Source of the DNA: Octopus vulgaris
Taxonomy: Eukaryota
Direction: 5' to 3'
Assembly (NCBI GenBank): GCA_951406725.2
Contig: OX597814.1
Coordinates: 37,634,001 to 37,698,000, forward strand
Length of the DNA: 64,000 bases
Shown here: positions 56,632 to 64,000 of the stretch, in pieces
Position numbering within the stretch: the stretch's first letter is position 1
Layout: each line of letters opens with the position of its first letter
The notes under the pieces: generated by a model
Told to the model about the DNA's origin: nothing
The model's database searches: none
What the model saw: the letters and a program-made list of their open reading frames with translations, nothing else
Made by a program: the position numbers and the translations under genes

Positions 56632-58236
56632 GTTTGTCCTTCGTGTTCGAAGATGGCCATTGACATCATTTGGTGGAATTGCTGCTATGAGACCGGAGGT
56701 GGCTGGTGAGGCCAATCCGGGCAAGAAATCCCCTCCCACAGGTGGGGCAGAAGTGGGTAGGGGCTGTTAGTGCAGGTGGCTCTGGCTTTCCGCATCTAGC
56801 GTTTCTTTTCTGCTGACTGAATCCGTCTCTCCTCGGCTGTCATTGCTCCTGTGGTGATTGCGCTGCGCCAGGATGAGCGGTCGGCAGTAAGTGTCTCCCA
56901 AGTCTCTGTGCCGATGGAGAAGTCTTTAAGAGACTTTGAGACTGTCCTTGAAGCATTTCTTCTGCCCTCCGACTTTGCGTTTGCCGTGGTTGAGTTCACC
57001 GTAGAAGAGCTGTTTTGGGATGCGAGTGTCGGACATGCGGGAGACGTGGCCTGCCCATCTCAGCTGGGCATTGCGCATGATCGTGATGGTGCTAGGGAGA
57101 TCTGCCTGCTTCAGAACTTACGTGTCTGGGATTTTGTCCTGCCAGCGGATTTGAAGGAGGTTCCGAAGACACCTAAGGTGGAAGTGGTTTATCTGGCGCT
57201 CGTGCCTTCGGTAAGCAGTCCACGTCTCGCAGCCGTATAGTAGGGTGGTAAGCAAGACTGCCCGGTAGACTTTCAGCTTGGTGTTGAGGCTGATTCCTCT
57301 CCGATCCCAGACTTTCTTTCGCTTGTCTTGGAGATTCTGTTGATGATTTCAGCATATATGTTGGCATTGCAGGAGAGAGTGCTGCCCAGGTAGCGGAAGT
57401 TTTCCACCGCTCGTAGGATCCGTCCGTTCACCTTTTATCTGAGGCTCATGGTATTGTTTGCCTGGGGCTGGCTGAAACATCACTTCGGTTTTCTTGGCAC
57501 TGATGGTGAGACCGAAGTTTTCACAGGCTGATGAGAACCTGTCCATCGCGAGCTGCATCTCCTGCTCATCGAGTGCGTTTAGGGCGCATTCGTCAGCAAA
57601 GAGAAAGTCTCCCTCACCTTTGTGACGGCCTGCAATCTTCTGGAGTTGAAAAATTTCCCGTCCGTCCTGTACTTGATACCGGACTTGCAAGTCGATACCG
57701 GACTTGCAGTCCCTGAAGGCGTCGGACAGCATTGCCGAGAACATGATGCTGAACAGTGTTTGGGCCAGGAAACAGCCCTGCCTGACTCTGTTGGTCACCT
57801 GTAAGACTTCAGATAAGTTGCCGTCTTCAAGGACTCTGGCTGTCATTCCGTCGTGGAACTGGCGGACAATTGCAAAAATTTGCTGGGACAACCAAATTTT
57901 CCCATGACCTTCCAGAGTCCCTCCCGACTGACTGTATCGAAAGCCCTGGTGAGGTCAACAAAGGTCATGCAGAGGTCAAAGTGCTGCTTCATGCATTTCT
58001 CCTGGAGCTGGCGGGCGGCGAATATCATGTCAGTGGTCCGTCGAACTGTTTGGAAGCAACACTGGCTCTCAGGGAGAAGGCCTTGCTCCAAGTGTTCCAG
58101 AAGGCGGTCAAGCAGGACTCGGGTCAGGATCTTGCCTGCTATGGACAAGAAGGATTCCTCGGTGGTTGTCGCAGGACTGCCGATCTCCTTTCCACTTATA
58201 AATGTGGACGATTGTTGCCCCAGCAAATGTGGACGA
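56632..58236 (-). mobile_element. RTE-BovB-like LINE, 5'-truncated and decayed
   Basis: SIAGKIL, LPESQC, DMIFAARQLQEKC, FVDLTRAFDTVSR, VRQGC, LFADECAL and the C-terminal CPTCGRGFLARIGLTSHLRSH. Confidence 0.92.
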
Positions 58237-58242
58237 TATATA

Positions 58243-58289
<47 letters not shown>

Positions 58290-59809
58290 TATACACTTGT
58301 GTGTGTAAGTGTGCGTATTTGTGTGTGTGAGTGTGTGTGCACTCATGACCATGTTTTTGTTATCAGAATTATATTCAAAGCAAACATGTGTACGCATGGA
58401 AACCGAAGTGGAAGCGAAATAAATAAGACAAAGACAAGATAATCTGCTAACAGTAAAACTTTCTCACGTCACACTCATACTATATGTCCGTTCGTATTTT
58501 ATATATTCATTTTTGAAAAGAAACGAAATAATATTTCACAGCTAAAGAAGAAATTAAAGTGCTCCTACCCTGCACAAAACGACTGATTTTTTTAGGAATG
58601 AACATACAATAAATTTCTTTGATAAAGCATGAATAATTATGCATGATAAATGAACTTCCATGCCAATTATTTTAATTATATTTCACATTACAGAAAAAAA
58701 TTACAATATGTATATGTATTCTCAAAAGAGTTGGTGCATTTCAAATGTAGTTCTTGTACGATTAATTTCAATCTACAATGTGACAACTACATATGAACAC
58801 TTCATTTTTAAAACTATCGTTTCTGCAAAATTTATTCATAAGGTCCTCGCCATATGGTAACAAAGGAAATGCAGTATGATAGAAAATGAAGGAAAAATAT
58901 TACGAACAATTAAGAACCGAAATTTGTGTCTCTAATAGTAGTTGCGCTACATAAATGAATTCTATTAGGTGTGAGTACTTAAACGTAAAGATGTCGATAA
59001 TGCAGCTAATCAGGATAGAAATACAATTAAAACCACGAAATTAACTTGAAGAAATAATTTTCTAAATTGCTGGTAGAATATTTTATGATAACCAAAAGTA
59101 GTACTGACACCTTACATATTGAAACAACACGCGAGAGAAAGCAATAATTAGCTAATTACAGAAACCCACTTATGTTAGAGAATATAAACACAGAGACCTT
59201 TGAGTTTATGCTTGAACCCCATAGATTATTAACTGTCAGATGTGTTTAGCACAAATGAAAGTTCACAAATTAGCACCGGCTGAATAATTAAATATGAAGG
59301 ATATTACAATGTCAATGCTATATGGTATCTATTATATTCCGCAAATGAACGATTGCCAAAATGCATACGGTATAAACAAGATTCCTACTACATTGAGTTT
59401 AGCATCCCTCATAACAAAGGGATGCATGCCGTGACAGATTTGAGATTTAAGAGAAAGAATCGAATATCAGGCCTGAATAATGTTAGCTCATTCAGCAGTA
59501 ATGTGTAAAGACTTCGGCTTTTAGCATAACAATCGTATATCGGCCAACACAAAATATCCGGATTTGTTTTAGTTTGTATATGTAATGCATAAATCAGTTA
59601 TTTAACTAGAAATATTTATGCTCTGAGAAAAGACAACAATAGTTAATATTTCATAATATCATTGTATATTGAAAAATTCGGAAGACACTTCTGGGCGTAT
59701 TTTTATCTGATTACGAAAATGTTAGACTATGCACTTCGGCGAATTCGCAAAATAATAATGAGAATAATAATAAAAATAACAACAAGAATAGAAATAATAA
59801 CGCTTTCTA

Positions 59810-60350
59810 TTAAAGGTGGAAAGCCTGAAATTTTGAGGGATGGGACCAGTCGATTACATCGACCCCAATACTCAATTGGTACTTATTTATCGGAATCGAA
59901 AGGATGAAATGCAAAATCGACCTCAGCAGAATTTGAACTCAGAGCGTAAAACAGAAGAAATGCTGTCAAATATTTCTCCGGTGTACTACAGTTTCTTATT
60001 TCTGTATTGCCCACCAGGGGCTCATCATAGAGGGAAAAATCAAGGACAGACAAACAGATTAAGTCGATTAAATAGGCTCCAGTGAAAACTGGTACTTGAT
60101 TTATCGACCCCGAAATGATGAAAAGCAAAGTTGACCTCTGCGGAATTTGAACTCAGAATGTAACGGCAGACGAAATACCTATTTCTTTACAACCCACAAG
60201 GGGATAAACACAGAGAGGACAAATAAGGACAGACAAAGGGATTAAGTCGATTATACCGACCCCAGTGCGTAACTGGTACTTATTTAATCGACCCCTAAAG
60301 AATGAAAGGCAAAGTTGACCTCAGCTGAATTTGAACTCAGAATATAGCGC
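59810..60350 (-). mobile_element. Cluster of three SINE family C copies
   Basis: Reverse complement of the units at 10857-11750. Confidence 0.8.
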
Positions 60351-62357
60351 CAGAAATGTATTAAGATGAATATCAACAGATTAAAAGAGAAATCCCTCTA
60401 AAGTTCATTGGGAAACAAGTTTACAAATTATTGACATGGGAAAAGCTTGGACAATACAGACCGCAAACTTTCATGGAAATACCATGGTAAGTATATTTAA
60501 AAAGCTCTTTCGGTCGTAAACTACAGACTGACAACTTTTTCTGCTACTAAATTATTAACAATCATGTTCTGAGTTTGAACTATCCTCACATAAAAACAAA
60601 CCCTACAAATAAATCCTTGAAACAAACCATAAAAATAAACCCTACACCCTAAAGAAGAGAAAGAACATCGATAAAATTCAAACAGAAGAAAATAACAATT
60701 AATCAAGATGATTAAAATAAATGCAAGAGAGGACTAAATTCGATGGAATTCGATGGAATTGCAAATAGGATCACTAGACTAGTGTGAAAACTTTGTAGTC
60801 TGTTGTCAAACTGAAATAAATGTGGAACGCCTTGAAAAAGACAAAACAGTTTGAAGTAAGGTCAATGCATATTATTCTGCTCCATATAGAGTTTGTCATT
60901 GCTGCTATCGGATTTTCGGTGGATTTCAGGAAGATAAAACCAAAATGGAGCTTAAGAAAATTGTGGGACGTTTTCAAGCATTTGCTATTCCTGAAAGGAT
61001 TGGAAAAACTTTCAGAGAATCCAATAATCTGGTGAATAAAGTAACAGAATTAGTTAATGATATTAGAATAGTCCGTACTACAAGTATGGAAACTTCGTGA
61101 TGAAGAAAAGGAAATACCATGAAATTCCTGGAATTAAACAATCTAACGTGCAAAAGGCACTTGATATTGATGAACTTCATTGTTTCATATATATTCGGAG
61201 ATTATAGTTTACGAGATACAACAATGAAATTTGAAATCCAGAGAGATATTTTTGCCAAAGGAAACATGAATATACAAGTCTAAAGTGGTAGAGAAAGAAC
61301 GGGGGAAAATTAGGACCTAAAATAAAAATTCCATTGAATCGGAACGCAACATAAGCATTTACCTATTTCAAGTCTAATCGACAAAACAATTTTGGCAAAA
61401 ATGACCAAATAATGCAATCTGTGCAAATCATGCGTTTCAAGTGATTAAGTGTAACTTGCAAAGAAATGGAGAATATATCTAAATATATCAAAGGTGAGGT
61501 AATGACTTTGTATTGATGGGCGGTGGAGAAGGAAAACGTATATGTGATTTGATAATAATTTTATATGAATTACAAACCTAATTACACAACCAAATCTCAT
61601 GAGTTAACCAATATTGCGACAATAGCGTAAAATTTTAAAATAGGAATGAAAATATATTCTTTGTTTAATATATCAGTTTTACATCGCTTTATTGTGGGAT
61701 GGCGCATAGGTTGCTGGACGTACGATAGCGATACCGTGGTCCCAATTCTGGATCATGTGGTGCGTTGTGTTCTTGGGAAAAGCACTCCATCTCATGTTGC
61801 TCAGCGATTATTTCGACAACTGACGTAGTATATTGTGCACCTGTTCAGGCAATGTCGATTTGATGGAGTAAGTGAACTAATGTACAGCACAAATATTTGA
61901 GCGCTGTAAACCAAAAGAGATTTGTGAAATTTGTTCAGAAAGAAATTTCAGAAATATCTTTCTATGATTAGGAGAGATTACCATCATTTTGCTTTATTTA
62001 GTTCCAGTTGAGTATAAATTTCAATTGAATTTTCAGCACGTTTGATGGAATTTGAATACATATTATTAGATAGTGGGTACTATCTCTGATTAGGTTTGAG
62101 AGAAAGAGTTTTATTAAACCAAATTTATCCAAAATATATACAAATCAAATTTTCCACTTTATGCACTAAAAAAAGGACTTAAAATTTCAAGACAGCTGGT
62201 AATTCTAACATCGACTTATAGTGTCGATTCATTATATGATATGTAATATTTACTGGTATACTTACGACGTGATATAATTAACATGTTCTAACTGTTTCAA
62301 AATTTGTTATTATTTAATATCTCACAAACCAAATTCTTCTTCACCTTTATGAATTGA

Positions 62358-62742
62358 CTAGCAGTATCGCCCGGCGTTGCTCAGGTTTGTAAGGGAAATA
62401 ACTATAAAGCATTTTTAGAGAGTTATAGCCAAAAAATACCAAAAAAATGGAAAAAAAATTATGGTAAATTTTTTTTTGAGAGTAAAAAAAGGTTGAGTTG
62501 CGTCCCCTAGACAGTCTGTGTTTTGTTTTTTTGATTCTCGACCCCATGTCGAATTTATCGATTTTTTCAGAACTGGGGTTAACTTTTCAAAATTTTCGCT
62601 GCGTTAGTTTTGAATTATGACATTGGGCTATGTGTGTGTCAAGTTTCATCAGAATCGGTTGAAAGCCGTGGTCAGGGTGAGGTACGAGAAAACAGACACA
62701 CAGAAACACGCACAGACAAACTGCCGTTTATATATAGAGAGA
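62358..62742 (-). mobile_element. Non-autonomous Helitron
   Basis: Minus strand begins A|TCTCTCTATATATAAACGGCAG and ends with hairpin CCTGAGCAACGCCGGG followed by CGATACTG-CTAG|T. Inserted between A and T with no target-site duplication. Confidence 0.82.
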
Positions 62743-63715
62743 TATCTACAAAATAGGAGTATGTAGAAACAAAACATTGTTTAGATATTTCCATCTGTCA
62801 CATTGATTTGTCTGTCCGCATTTAAAATTATTTATGCTAAATCGCAACGACTTGAGTTGAATGATCGGGGTACATTGCCTGGTACATATTTAGAGAAAAT
62901 TAACACAGTCAATATTTATCATAATTATATTTCGTAAATCTTGATAGTGTATTATCAATTCTGTTGCAATTTGCAACCTGGGGATGTATAACATATATTA
63001 AATGATTTGGCGTAATTTATCTGATGTATGATTCCCCTTCTGAGACACACAAATACATACATAAATGCTTATTGAGCTGTTTATTTAAGAAGTCATAAAA
63101 TGAAATAGAGATTCCGTTTTGATTCAATTGTAAATGTACTTTAATGCACTTATTTTTAATTTTAGTAATAAATTACTGACTAGTATTATCTTGCATTGTT
63201 ATAATTGCGATCCTTCTACAAATCAGAGGAGCATAGTTTATCGATAATCTTGAAATTCCAATCGAAACCTTTCAAATTACACCGCAGAGAAATTGAATAT
63301 ACACAAGTTTGCTCATATGTCAGTTTCGTAAATGCCACCGCACTTACCGACATGAACAACGAATTTTGAATTTTCTTTTTTATTACTGTAAAAATCTATT
63401 AGAATAATAGGACAGAAATAGTAACACACGAGCGAGAGGAAACTTTTAAATGAGAGAAATTTTATATAACAAAATAGAAACGTAATTACGAGTTATATTT
63501 CTGAACGTTATTTTTGTAATTATTTTTTCTATCATTACTTCAAATATAAAAGAACAATTTATCCAGTAACCAAAAATAGATATAAGTGTATATGAAAATA
63601 TTGGTTATTATACTTATACTTTTATAGTTTTCAAAATTCACAGATAATTTTCTACTCACACATGAATATTTACATACATATATATATATATATATGCATA
63701 CATGGATGAATACAT

Positions 63716-63804
<89 letters not shown>

Positions 63805-64000
63805 AATGAATATATATGTATACATATTTCTATATGCTGAGTGAAAGGGGAAGTAAATAAATCATCGACATATCTGTTCATATTTTGTATCATAAAAGTA
63901 TATATTTATCACCCATTATGTATTTTCTTACAGTGCATCCTACATTATATGCATGTATTTGAGTGTATTTCCGTCAGTTTCATTGGGAAATAATTGTGTT

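Noticed and set aside
60360-61500. Purine-rich stretch resembling decayed retroelement coding sequence (also 16140-16910 and 58860-59620)
   Set aside because: No diagnostic motif was recognisable by manual translation.

Overview
This is AT-rich, microsatellite-saturated animal DNA. The tRNA-derived SINE families and repeat landscape look cephalopod/Octopus-like, which is my inference. I found no host protein-coding exon, and almost all short ORFs in the track are translations of (TA)n, (CA)n, (AAT)n or (TATC)n. The window is a transposon graveyard. DNA transposons include Tigger, mariner, two Tc1 elements, a pogo-like element with a PHD finger nested inside a maT/DD37D-like element, a non-autonomous Helitron and MITE-like foldbacks. 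Retroelements include two R4/Dong-type restriction-like-endonuclease LINEs sitting in (AAT)n arrays, RTE fragments and at least four SINE families. The most interesting signal is non-coding: seven type I hammerhead ribozyme motifs (one fully canonical, six variant or decayed) in six otherwise largely unrelated short elements, most of which end in (TA)n tracts. The best example (14511-15223) is a very young 1.2-mer of a 592-bp unit with near-identical 121/122-bp terminal direct repeats. It looks like a retrozyme or a non-autonomous Penelope-like element.
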